Below, piece after piece: positions 47,790 to 59,867 of a stretch of 64,000 nucleotides of DNA. Made by a program: the position numbers and the translations under genes. How positions within the stretch are numbered: position 1 is the stretch's first letter; each line of letters opens with the position of its first letter. Below the pieces are notes generated by a model, which was not told the origin of the DNA, ran no database searches, and saw only the letters and a program-made list of their open reading frames with translations. This DNA comes from Protoeuglena noctilucae (Eukaryota), in assembly GCA_958009085.1 (NCBI GenBank), contig OY253682.1:744001-808000 (forward strand), read 5' to 3'.

Positions 47790-50700
47790 TCACACCACTC
47801 GCTCCAGGGTCCGCTTGGCCCAGCTCCCCGTCCCCTCCACCAGCCGCAGCTCGTAGGACGGCCAGTAGAGCAAGTCCTGCTTGATGGTCTGAGATGGAAC
47901 GAGAGGGACAAAGGGCGATCATGGTTGGCACTGATTGGTGTCACCACTTTGCATCACAGAGCATGGTATCACCAAGCTGCACCCCACCCACCCACTGCAC
48001 CCCATGTCACCGCACCCCACCCACTGCACCCCACCCCACCCCACAAATGACACCCCACCCCCACCGCCCCTCACCTGCATGCGCTGCCTCCCCTGCAGAT
48101 CCACGGTGCGGAATGAGACGCTGGCCCGGTCCCCAATGTCCCGCACAGCCTCCACGAACGAGTCCAGGTCCGCCACGGGGCTGCCGTTCACTTGCGTGAT
48201 CCACAGCAGGGGGTACAGGCCGAACCTGGGAGGGGTGGTGTGGGGTGTCAATGAGGTTGTCAAGGTGTTGATCATGGGCAGGAGTCCATGGGGCAGTCAA
48301 GGCGTTGGTGATGTTGTTGTGCTTAGGGCTGAGATGTGATGGCAAGTGCTCCGAGCATGTCATGGTCACTGCTCCAGGCATGTGGATATCTGGTGAACAT
48401 CCCATGCGAATGGATCACGCTAGCGAGCGGGGCTAGTACCCATCGATGCCAATGCTCATCGCTCACCGGTGCGCGGGTGACCCGTGGTGCCACCGGGACA
48501 CGTAGACGCCGCCCTCGGGGGGCTCGAACCCGAGCTCGCGGACGTTGCTGCGGGGATGGGCGGGAGGACACGCTGAGACCATGCACGGCACCGAGGTACC
48601 AATCAATCGCCATCACGCGACTCCCGCCCCCACACCCGGCCCCGTACCCATCCCCACATCCGCCCGCACACCTGCCCCACATTCAACCCCAGACACATGT
48701 CCCCACCCCCACCCCCATCCCTCTCACCGGTGCGCCTCCTGCAGCTGCGCCCCACACCAGTGCACGATGCGGTCAGTGCCGCTGCCGCTCTCCCTGCCCA
48801 GCATCAAGTCCACGTCCAGCACCTGGCCCCCACGGAACACCGTCAGCGTCACAGGGCCGGGGCTGGGGGGCTCCTGGCCGGGGGTGCCAGAGCATAGCGC
48901 CTGGGGAGCAAGGATGCAGGGAGGTTATCAGTACTGACTCTTCTTGTCTGTTGCACCTGTTGCGCCGCTTATCAACGTCATCATCTCCGCCCACACTCCA
49001 TACACCCCACGACACCCCTGCACCCCCACTCTCTCCGCTCATACCCCACAGCACCCCACAACACGCCCCCGCCGCCCCACCTGCCACGGCGCCTTCCCGC
49101 TCCTCGCCTCCTCGACCATCGCAGCGGGCACCTCCACCACAGGGAACCCCACCCGGCGCCGCTTCCCAGCCCCACCGTACGCCGTGTCGCCCTCAGAGCC
49201 TTCCCTCTCCGATGCCCCATGAAGGCGCTTAGTGCCCTTGTGCACGTGCTCGGTTCCATCCCCCGCCTCCGTCGCACCCCACAGCGACCGCACCGCACTC
49301 GCCACCGCCGTCAGCAGGCCGCCCTTCCCCAGCGCACCCGCACCCGCACCCGCAGTCGCGTTGGCCACCGCCATGTCTCCGCCTTCCTCCCGCACGCTCG
49401 CTGCCCCTCGCGTGGCCTGGTCCACCGTGACACCCGCGCCGTCGAGGACGCTGGGCATGCCCAGCGCACGCGCCGCGTGGGTCCTGGGGGTAGCAAGTGT
49501 GAGGAAGTTTGTTAGTGTAGTGAATGGAGTGAGTTAGGAAGTGAGGTGAGCAAGTGAGTTAGTGGGGGACTTGGCAGGGCATGTGCGAGTGTGGGTGATG
49601 GCACTGCTGACAGCGTTGGCTCATGCTCAACGCCCACGTTACCCTTCATGTCCGCTACCCCTTCTCTGCCACGCCCACAACACCCCCGCCCTCACCTTAC
49701 GGCTTCCTCGAGCGCCCGCACCGACACCAGCGGCGTCCCGTTGATGGCCAGCACTAAGTCCCCCTCCTGCAGCACGCTCCGGGCGTGCGACTGCGCCATG
49801 GTACCTTTCACTGCGCATGGGCAGGCGGGGGGGTGTCAGTATTGCCAATGACCTGCCGACTTATCACTGTCCATGCACATACATAACTAGTGAAGTTCTC
49901 ACCCCTGAGCAGCTGCCTGCGGTCGGGGTCCACGCGGCAGAGGCGGTCGACCCACTCCTGGGGAAGACCGAAGTGGAGGGCCTTGGACTGCAAGGGGTAG
50001 ACAGGGAGAGGGACAGATATGAGATAAAGAGATGCAGAGATCTGCACTGAACACTTCCTGGTGACGACCTCCCCAGCACACTCTCAGCTGTGATCGCATC
50101 CACTCCCACCCCGTCACCCCACCATTACTCACCAGCAGCAGGCTCTCAGCCTCGAATCCCGCCGTGTAGACGTCCAGCAGCCCCCCGCACGGCGCCCCCG
50201 CGGCCCGGGCCTCCACGGCAGCCGCCACCCGGCACACCCACGGCCACCACAGCCCCGCGGGCATGCCTGCGCAGAACTCCGAGTCCTCTCCGTTCTTCTG
50301 CTGGGCGTAGGAAGCGTAGAGGGCGCGGACCACGCCGTCCTCTGGGGGTGGGAGAGGAGGGGTGGGGTGGTGGGTGTGGTGAGGGGTGGTAAGGGGTGGT
50401 GAGGGAGGTGGTGTGGATGAGGGAGGTGGGGAGGGGTGGGGTGGCGGGTGTGGGTGAGGTTGGTGGCCGAGGCCAGGACAGCGGTGCATGCGTGAGGTGA
50501 GCACTGCTGTACCATGCCTGTACCATGCATGTAGTCATTCGCTCCCTCTGGCACCCCTCACCGTCTGCCAGTACCCCGGAGAAGCTGCTCCCAAAGTCGT
50601 GGTCCAGCTTTACCACCTGCGCACGACGCAAGCAAGCGCGACAGTCGTGATACATGCCAATTGACATTTTTGCTGACAAGAACCAGTGCATGCGACATCT

Positions 50701-53700
50701 CGACAAGTGCCGAGATGTGATGATGCAACATTTCCACCGTGCTGTGAACATGTCACCCACCCCTCACCTCCTCGTGCGTGACAACACAGAGCCCCCATTC
50801 ACCCCTCACCTCCTCGTGCGTGGCTCGGAAGCGAGGGACGTCCGCGGCTGGGATCTGCAGCATGGCCGTGGGGTTGATGACCGTGGATTTGCGGTACATG
50901 AGGCGGTGGGTGGAACTGGAGTGGGTGGGGGGCGAGGGGGTCATTATCATCACTTATATGTCGTGACACTGTTAGTACTCCTATCATGACTGTGATATGC
51001 AGCTACCATCTAAAGTCACGACCACCCCGCCTCTCCCTCTCCCTCTCATCCACTCTCACCTCAGCCCCGCCAGCACCACCTCGTCCCCCTTGTGTATCTC
51101 CGCACGACACGGACCCAGGCCGGGCGTACGCACGGGCCGCGGGGGTCAACGCCTGAGGATCGAACCTGGGACGTGAAAACGGATACGCGATGAGTCAATC
51201 AAAACCATACGGTTAACTCTTTTTTAGAAGTTTGACTGCGACTGTCACTTCCATCCCTTCCGCCCTTGCCCACCACCCCCGCCCGCACCCTCACCCTCAC
51301 CCCCGCACCCACCCCCGCTCGCTCACCGCAGAATGGCGAAGTTGTGCAAGGGGTGCAGGAACACACAGTGCATGCCTCACCACCCACGCACACATGCTCA
51401 CCTCAGGATGGCGAAGTTGTGCAAGGGGTGCAGGAACACGGCCCTGGCCTCGACCTCGCAGGGGTGGACGGGGAGGTCGAGACGAATATCCCCAGGCGAG
51501 ATGACGACTGTGTTGCGATCGACCAGGACCAGCCCCACTGTGTCGCTCTGGTACACGATCAAGCCACTGCCCACGAAGGACCGGGAGTAGACGCCGTCTG
51601 GCAGAGCCACCAAAGGCAGCTCCGAGTGCACGTTAACCAGGCTGGGGATGAGCTGGGACTCGAAGTGGGGGAGCACGGCCGCGGGGGGGTCGATGCCCAA
51701 AGGCGCGTCGTCCCTTGCCTCCACCACTGAGGGCCGCGTGCCCGGGGACAGCGGCTGGCGAGTGGGCGAGGCGGGGTGCGCGTCGAACAGATCGCCCTCG
51801 CCCTGGGGACAGGGTAGGGAGGGTGAGTGGGTGTGATGCAAGTTGTACTTGGGCGTCTACGATTGGCTACAGCATGGCAATGAGTGCTCTGTTCTACCAA
51901 GCGCCACCCACCCCACATGTGAGAGATCCAACCCCCTCACATCCTCACCACCACTGCTACTGCTACCCCCACCCGTCCCCCGCCCACCCCAACCCCTCAC
52001 CTCGCCATGCCCGTCCGCCGCGCCCCTACCCCGCCGCCCAGCCTTCTTCCCCGACCCCCTCCCCTTCCCGGGGCTTTTCGTGACTTCCGCCACGCCATTC
52101 GCAGCCCCTTCCTTTGTCCCGTCCCAGCCCTCCACCGGGTGCCACCTGCCCTCCGCATCGGACCGCTCCCAGAGCACCAGAGGCCCGTAGAACTCATCGG
52201 ACGTGCGGAGCAGGGCGCTCTTCATGCGGTGGCGGTTCATGCTGGTGAAGTACTGCACGGGGATTTGCTGACCAGGCCGCATGGCAGCCAGCTCAGCGGC
52301 CAGGGACGCGAGGGTGGGGACGGGGCGGTGGTTGACCTGAGTCAGGATGGCCCCCTTGGGGACGCCCGCGAGGGAGAGCATGAAGCCGGGCTGGGAAGTG
52401 GGGGGGAGGGAGGGAGGGCGTTGGTGGGGTGGGGTTGGGGGCGGAGTGGATGAGCGGGGGTTAGGGTCGGGGGTGCAAGTGCGGTGCGAGTGGTAGAGCA
52501 AACGTGGCAAAACGTGGCAGAGCAGGCTTGGACACCACCACAGAGTAAAGGTGACAGTGCCATCCCACGGCTGCACAGCTGCATGCATGCACTCTCACCT
52601 CTGCCACGTAGCCCCAGTGCTACTCTGTGACTGCACAGCTACCCGCATGCACTCTCACCTCTGCTCCCCAGAGCCAGTGCCACGCTGTGACTGCACTGCT
52701 ACATGCATGCACCCATTCACCTCAGCCACGTAGACTTGCCCCAGGGGCGCGTTGATGTTGCGTGCCTGCTGGTAGGAGAGCTCGTGGATGGACGCGCCCC
52801 CCACTTCGATGAAGCGGCGGGGGGTGACGCGGTGGAGGTCCAAGACGGACAGCTCACAAGAGACACGGGCGCCGTGGCTGGGGAGGGTGGTGAGGGGCGC
52901 ATGGGAATGGGGGTGAGGGGTGCAGAGAGGTGAGGGAAATAGGAGATGCATGGCGCTCTCTCCCTCTGTCACACACTCACCGGTCGACCACCACCTCCAC
53001 CTCCCGCTTGTCCCGGCACGCCTCGTCTAAGATCTCCTCCATGAATCGGAAGTCGTTGATCAGGCGACCATCTAGAGACACCAACACATCACCGGGCTGC
53101 GGGGGGGCAGATGGGCAGCACCGTGTGTCATGCTCATGCTGGCTTTGTATGCTACGTATGCTGTGATGGCATGCTTGCGCACACCAGCTGCTCCCTGCAA
53201 TCTCAATCTCACCATGAGCTTGCCATCTACGGGCCCCTCTGGGATGAGGGAGTCCAGCACCAGCATGCCGGTGTTGCTGGTGGCCTCCGCCTCGATCGCT
53301 GCAGGGCACGGGACAAAGCACGAATGACCACTGGCGTATAATCAAAGGTGATGGAGCACGAGTGACGACTGGTGTATCAGCAACGCCTGGCACTTGGGAC
53401 CCCAGTCATCGCCCCCCCCAAACTTGCCTGCCTTGTGCACCAGCTCTCTATCCCACCTGTGACCCCACTCCTCGCCCACCCACCCCTCGCGCCCCACTCC
53501 ACTCGCCTGCCTTGCGCATCAGCTCCTCCGTCTCAGGCTGGCAGTTGAGCCTTCGAATCTCCTCGAATCCCAAAAAGGTCCACGTGGAGCCCAGGTCGCC
53601 GCGGGGGATGACCGGGGCCCGCCACTTGCCACGGAGGGCGTTGTTGCGGCCCAGAGGGTTGGCCTCCTGCGCGCGAGCCGAGGCGGTGCACATAGGGTGC

Positions 53701-55348
53701 GCACATAGCGTGTGTTTGCATGGGCAAATGGTGCCGTGGCTGTCACTGTCGCCCACCCCCCGAGCTACTCTCAGTGTCCCTGCCTGCGCCACGCGTTGCC
53801 CCCACACTCATACATTACATCGGAATTCGAATCCTCGCCTGGATGAGCTTCAGAGCCGACACGACCCTCCACAGGGGCAGGTAGTACCCGGTCGCTCCCT
53901 TGGTGCGGGCGCCGGCGTTGAGGGCCACGGCGTTCCCGTGGATATCCACGACGGGCGACCCCGAGCTGCCGCCCTTGGTGCCAGAGGCTGCCTGGATGTA
54001 GAAGGTGTTGAAGTCGTTGAAGCTCTTGGCGCCGTACGTCGGGGCCTTGCGGTCCAGGCGCGCTATGGTCCCGGCCAGGATCGAGAGCTTCTCGCCTGCG
54101 AAGCAAGGAGTTGTTAGATGCGATGTAGCGAACGCATAGCAATGGACGGGCGGCGACGGCGACGGGGGGCGTGCCGGCCGCATGTTGAGTTGCGCATGCG
54201 CCGCGCGACGGCACGTGTGCAGCACTCCTCACCGCTGTCGTTGCCGACGACGCGGATCTCCGTGCCGACGCGCGCCAGATCGGGCCGCAGCGGTATCTCG
54301 TCGAGCTTGAGGTAGCGGAGCTGGGCCGGATCAAAGCGCATGAAGCCGAAGTCGTGGACGGGGTCGTAGTAGACGGGGAGGAGCTCCACCTCTTCGTGAT
54401 TCTGAAATATGCCTTCTGCGGGCAGGGCGGCCCACTATACCGTCGAGAGCGGGCGCGGGGGACGAATGATGGGCCGCCAAGCAAACGCGCGGGCCCGCCT
54501 CCGGGGCCATCCGTGCGCCACAGCGGACATCCCAAGAGGTTCAGTAAGTGCCTTACCGGCGACGATGGGGCCCGGCGTGACCACATGGCGATTGGTGAGG
54601 ATGAGGCCGCGGTGCTTGTCCACCACGAAGCCGGTAGCGCTCGCCGACCCCGCCGCCTCCGTGTCAAAGGCCCGCGTCTGCGTGATCCTGCGAGGATGAC
54701 ACGACATAGCCGCTGAGTGCATCGAACGGACTGCTCCATGCAGCGGGGAGCGCGCAGCGGCGTGAGGTCAACCCGCGACCGGGCGGACGGCGGGCACCGC
54801 GTCTGCGGCCCGAAAGCGACACGCGCGGGCAATCCGCTTATGCCAGCGACCGGAAACATCGTCAAAGATACCACGAGAGCACAGGGAACGGCGATTATCT
54901 GCGTGACGGCTGCGCATTGCCGCCTTGCCCTAGCACAGCGTGTGTGCGGCTGGCTGCGCGACATGCCGCCATCACCGCAAACCAAGGAGGGCGGAAATGA
55001 CAATTGTCATAGCATGGAATTTTCGGGGAATAAAAGCACCGCGAGAGGGTGCGGCGCAGCGACGCACTTGATCACGATTGTGAAGGGCACCACTTTTTCC
55101 AGAGCCGACTGCCAGCTCGACCCCTGCGCAGCGAACTCCTCCATCCCGTTAGCGTTGGGAGCCATGACAACCTCCTCCTGGGGCGCGTGCTGGGTGAGGG
55201 CCTCAAAAAGGCGGTCCCCCCCGAGGGTGCTGGCGGCGCGGACGCCGACCCTGCCGCACAGGGGCACCAGACGACGCGGTAGTAAGCTCTTGGAAACGGG
55301 GATACGGCGCAGTAAGCTTAACCCAACGTTACAGGCGGTCGCGGGCAT
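47790..55348 (-). CDS. DEG7: DEG7/Nma111-type HtrA serine protease (duplicated protease plus PDZ domains), about 19 exons
   Basis: [32 protein letters not shown] (His), DPVHDFGF (Asp), [11 protein letters not shown] (Ser), [13 protein letters not shown] and C-terminal [14 protein letters not shown]. Candidate ATGs at 55348 and 55165. One exon appears frameshifted (see findings). Confidence 0.92.
52555..52733. repeat. About 60-bp tandem repeat (3 copies) spanning a DEG7 exon/intron boundary
   Basis: Lines 52561, 52621 and 52681 align with a 60-bp period (ctgcacagct..gcatgcactctcacctc..ccagtgc). Confidence 0.85.
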
Positions 55349-55613
55349 CGCCCGTGTATCCTGCCGATCGCTATCGTCGATGATCGTGCGGGGCGAAATG
55401 CGGGAGGTGCAGGAGCTCGCTCGGCCTGCAAGCCGCCAGGGGACGAGACGGGGTTTGCCCTGACAGAGCCCGGTGTGTTGGTGTGCCGCACGCCGGGCAG
55501 CTCTTTTTGGCTGTTCATTTGCTCGTGGACGTCTCCAGGCCGCCATCGGGGACTGGCTGTAAAGAAATTGGCGTCATCGGTGCCACCGGCCGACGAGAGG
55601 CCTCTGTTCAACG

Positions 55614-57020
55614 ATGCAGGGCGCCAAGATGCAGGGGACGCTTCTCAAGTACGGCGAGGCCTCGCACCAGACGGCGTTCCTCACGGGGACTCACGCCCGG
55701 CACCTCGTCATGGTCGGGGGGCTGACCGGTGAGAGAAGCGCGGGTGTCACACCGCAACAGTCCAATCGGTCTCGATTCCGTCGTCGCCCATGCCCGATGC
55801 CATCGCAGACGGTTTCTTCGCCTGCCGGTACGTGCCTCGCCTCGCCGAGGCCCTCGATGGGGCCGGGTGGTCGCTGGTGCAGCCCCTTCTCGCCAGCAGC
55901 TACCAGGGGTACGGCACCGCATCGCTCGACGGGGACGCTGCGGACCTCCAACAGCTGGCCGTGACGCTGCGTGACACGCTCGGCAGCCGTGGCATGGTCG
56001 TCATGTGAGCATGGGGCCGCGCCAGTTACTGGGACCTGTCGCCTGCATCGCCACCTGTGACGGTTGCCGCGTCATGTGTGCAGGGGCCACAGCACTGGGG
56101 CGCAGGACGCGGTGAGGTACGCCATGAGGCACCGAAGTGACCCCAGCGCGGCTCCGCTGCTGGGCGCCGTCTTGCAGGCGGGGTGCTCTGACCGAGAGAG
56201 TGCTGCAGAGGGGCCAGGGACGGCCCCGAGTCTGGCAAAGGCGCGGGAGATGGTGGAGGCAGGCATGTGAGGCGCCGCTTGGAGGGAAGCAACTGGCAGC
56301 CTGCATGTGTTGTTGGTGTCGGTGTGAGGAGTGAGGGGTTGTGTTGGCAAGCATGGTTGCAGGGCAGAGGAGATCATGCCTCGGGACACGATGTTTGACC
56401 GTGCGCCCGTCACCGCCCGGCGGTTCCTGGATTTGTACGACAAGGGGGGCGACGACGACATGTTCTCATCCGACCTGACGGACGAGGTGAGAGCGGGAGA
56501 GGGTGCAGAACGGATGAGGTTTTGGAATGGGCCAGCGTTGGGGTTTGACTCAGTAGAGGTGCTATGGATCGATGATGCCGCGTTGGCTTCGTGCAGGAGC
56601 TGCGAGAGCGTCTGGGTCACATGAAGGGCCTCCCGACGCTGGTGCTGTTCAGCGGGGCGGACGAGTTCGTGCCCGCGAGCATCGACAAGCAGGCGCTGAT
56701 GAAAGTGAGAGGCAGGCGGTGCATGCACGCCATGCGGAGCAGGCTTGATGACTTGATGGCTGTGTGCCTGATTGTGTTGCATTGTGGCAGCATGTGTGAC
56801 GACTGACGGCTGCGTGCATGGGGTTCAGCAATGTTGCAGCCATGCGCCGCACCGTCACTAGCACCTGTCTGTCCCTTGACTCGCCACGCAGAGGCTGGTG
56901 GATGCGATGGGCGGCCCCCCGTCACGTTGGCATCTGCTGGAAGGGGCCAACCACGGCGCGTGGGGGCACGAGGACGCGGTTGTGAGGGAGGTCCTGGCAT
57001 TCCTCGAACAGTTGCAATGA
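55614..57020 (+). CDS. DUF1749/UPF0613 alpha/beta hydrolase (SidJ-like esterase), 6 exons
   Basis: MQGTLLKYG, VMVGGLTDG, WSLVQPLLASSYQGYGTASLDGD, nucleophile GHSTGAQD, LQAGCSDRE, DDDMFSSDL, SGADEFVP and EGANH. Alternative ATG at 55629. Confidence 0.9.
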
Positions 57021-57189
57021 GACAGTGACTACTTCTAATGTGACTAAGACATGAACAACATTGCCGTTCAAAACCCATTGGATGGGATCGAGGCATGCCT
57101 GACACGGGTGTCACAGTCACGAAAGCACGGCGACAGGAAGGGCAACCGAGCGACGGGAAGAGCCCACACAGCTCTCCCTAGGCAGCCGA

Positions 57190-59590
57190 TCACGCAGTGG
57201 GGGTCGAGGAAGCAGACCCGCTGCCGGAGCTAGACCCAGCAGACGCCGTGCCAATTGGTGTGGTGCTTGTGCCAGACGACGCCATGCTAGTGGGTGTGGT
57301 GGTCGTGGTAGAGCCGGATGACGCCGTGCCAGCAGGCGTGGTGCTCGTGCCAGACGAAGCCGTGCTAGTCGGCGTGGTGGTAGAGCCAGACGTAGCGCTC
57401 CCACTTGATGCCGACCCTGACCCAGCCTGCGTCGCCCCGCTGGAGGTCCCACTGCCACCACCAGTGGGCGCGGGCGTGGAGCTGCCGCTAGACCCGGCCC
57501 CAGCAGTCGGCTGCGGCGTAGTCGTGGGCTGGGGTGTGGTGCTGGTAGTGGTGGGCTGCGGCGTGGTGGTGCTCGTAGTCGTCTTTGAGTCCGTAGTGGT
57601 CGGAGGCGTGGTGCTTGTAGTCGGGGGCACTGTGCTTGTCGGGGGCGTGGTGCTCGTGGGGCCTGGCGACGCCAGAGATGCCTGCAGATACACGCGAGGT
57701 TAGCGATGAGAGGATGAGCTATGAGAGGTTGTTGGCAGGAGCACAGCTGCTCTCCCAGGTCGGCGTTCAGCCCGGCTCTCACCTCGATGGCCTGGATGAA
57801 GGGGCTGGTGCTGGCCCACTGCTCGGCGTTGAAGAAGGCAGTGATGGAGACGTCGCCCTGGATGACCCGGTGGTCCACGACCACCACGGGCGGCGAGGCA
57901 TCGATCACCGTGCACGTGACCGAGTCCGTCTGACCACCCAGCACCTGGTGGTTGTCCGACAGAACACACTCATATGTGGCATTCTGCCTGTGGTAGTGGC
58001 CCTTGAACTGCAGGGTCGCGCTCGCTGAGGACCCGAACGTGACGTCCGTGACATCCACTGACGTCACGTGGGCGGCCAGGGAGCCGTCGGATGACATCAT
58101 CGACAGCATGCCTGCAGGAACAGTCGATGCGATGCGATGCGATGCGAGTGTCGGAGTCCCGCTGCGGGGAGCAGCACTGGTGTCGGCAAGGAATGCGCAC
58201 CCTGTGGCGATCCTTGGCTGCCATGCAGTCCAGCAGCTGGACTGGCAGGCTGCCCACCCGCGACATGCGCATCGTGCATATTGGAGCCCCTTCTCATCTC
58301 CTCGAGATCCCGCATCCCCTCACCCTTCTTGTTGCTCGTGTCGATGAAGGCGCGCAGGCGCACCATGACCTGTGCCCCGTTGTCCTTGGGCCACGTGGGC
58401 ACCAGCACCATGGCTGCGATCTTGTCGCACACCAGCAGATTCAGGGCAGCCTGCACCTGCTGCTGCGTCACGTTGACGCCGTCCGCCTGCAGACCAGGTA
58501 GGTATCGGATACGTGATAATAGGGCAACCACGACCAGGGTGGGCAGCCAGCATGCTTGCTGTCAAGGGAAGGGCACGCTTTCGTGAAGGGAAGGAATACG
58601 ATGCAAGTGTACGCTGCCCTTCAGTGCATGCCACAACCACAGAACGCAGGAAATAGCATACAAGTGGCGCGTTCCTGACCCCTACCAACTGCTGCTCGCT
58701 GCTCACCACGACCTTCTGCCACACGCTGGCCACGCTGGACTGCAGGAGAGCCGCAGTGCTGGACATCTGCGTCTGCACGTCTTGCACCACGGATAGGGGG
58801 TTCTCGCCATCGGAGAGTCGCGCGATGACGGCTGCATCGGCCGCGAAGGTCAGCTGCAGGGGCGTCTGGACCGGCTGGGCCGCGCACGTCACGGTGGGGG
58901 CGTTGGGGTCCGCGTTGGGACCCGGTGTCAGGGTAACCTGGGCTGTGCCCGAGGCCTGCAGGTTGACGCTCATGCTGAAGAGGGCCGGCGCCGTCGTGTC
59001 GCCATTCGACGCCTGCGGGAGTGCGAGCGGGTAGAGTTGATAGCACGTTGCAGCACGGCACGTTGCAGCGTGGCAGGGTCCATCCTGTAGCCCCGTCCTG
59101 TAGCCCCGCGGTGCCGTCACTCACCGCGTCCGTGAGCGCGCACTGGACCGTGGCCTGGTCCGCGGTGATGGATCCGATGGGCACGGCGCAAGCGAGGTCG
59201 AAGCCTGGGAAGGACACCAGGGCACCCCCGAGCAGGTCGGGCGTCGCGCTGGTCGAGGACGACCCGGTGGGGTCCACGAAGACCATGGTGGCATCAACGC
59301 CGACAGGGGAGGAAGTCCCGTCGGGGCTGGCGGCCGTGCAGTCCAGGACGCCGTTGTACATGACCTGCAGCGCCGCGCCGCTGGCGGACGTCAGGGAGTT
59401 CTTGGCCGTCTGGAGGCGGACCATGATGTTCGAGCCAGCCTCTCCTGCGTGAGGGGCGAGACTGGCCTGTGCGGGTGCGGGGGAGCGCGGGGCGGGCTCT
59501 CGAATGTCGGGGAGCACCAGCACCTGCCGCCGCAGTCCACGCGCCCATCGCCGCGACGGCGACGCCGGCGAGTAGCCAGCGATGCGGCAT
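57190..59590 (-). CDS. Predicted secreted protein with beta-rich Cys-containing region and mucin-like Ser/Thr/Pro tail, about 6 exons
   Basis: Signal-peptide-like exon 1 (MPHRWLLAGVAVAAMGAWTAAA). The last exon encodes STTPPTSTVPPTTSTT...TTPQP and two copies of STTTPTSxASSGTSTTPxGTAS. Confidence 0.7.
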
Positions 59591-59867
59591 TTCGACGATG
59601 AGCCCCTGGATTCGCGCCTCCTCGGCAACAGACGGCCCGAGCGACGAGAAATCGGCTGCAAAACGGGATGCGAGGCCTCGCAAACGAAGCCGATGGCGTC
59701 ACAACGCGTACATAGATGTGACTGAGCTCCTGCGCGTGCATCGGTTCCCCCTTCAAGCGCAGTCGTCGCAGCCGAGGGGCAGCGGTGCGCGGCTCTCGGG
59801 GGCCGAGAACGCCGAAACGAGCAGGATCGGAGACGGGATCGTCTGCAATCGCATTGAGCTGACGTGC

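Noticed and set aside
47980..50460. C/A-rich low-complexity tracts as telomeric or satellite DNA
   Set aside because: They are irregular G-run-rich intron sequence of DEG7 (minus strand) with no stable repeat unit.
56175..56270. Additional apparent GC donors in the DUF1749 gene (cag|gcgg, cag|gcat)
   Set aside because: The conserved LQAxxSDRE motif reads through the first. A GT donor (AT|gtgagg) gives the correct phase for the second.
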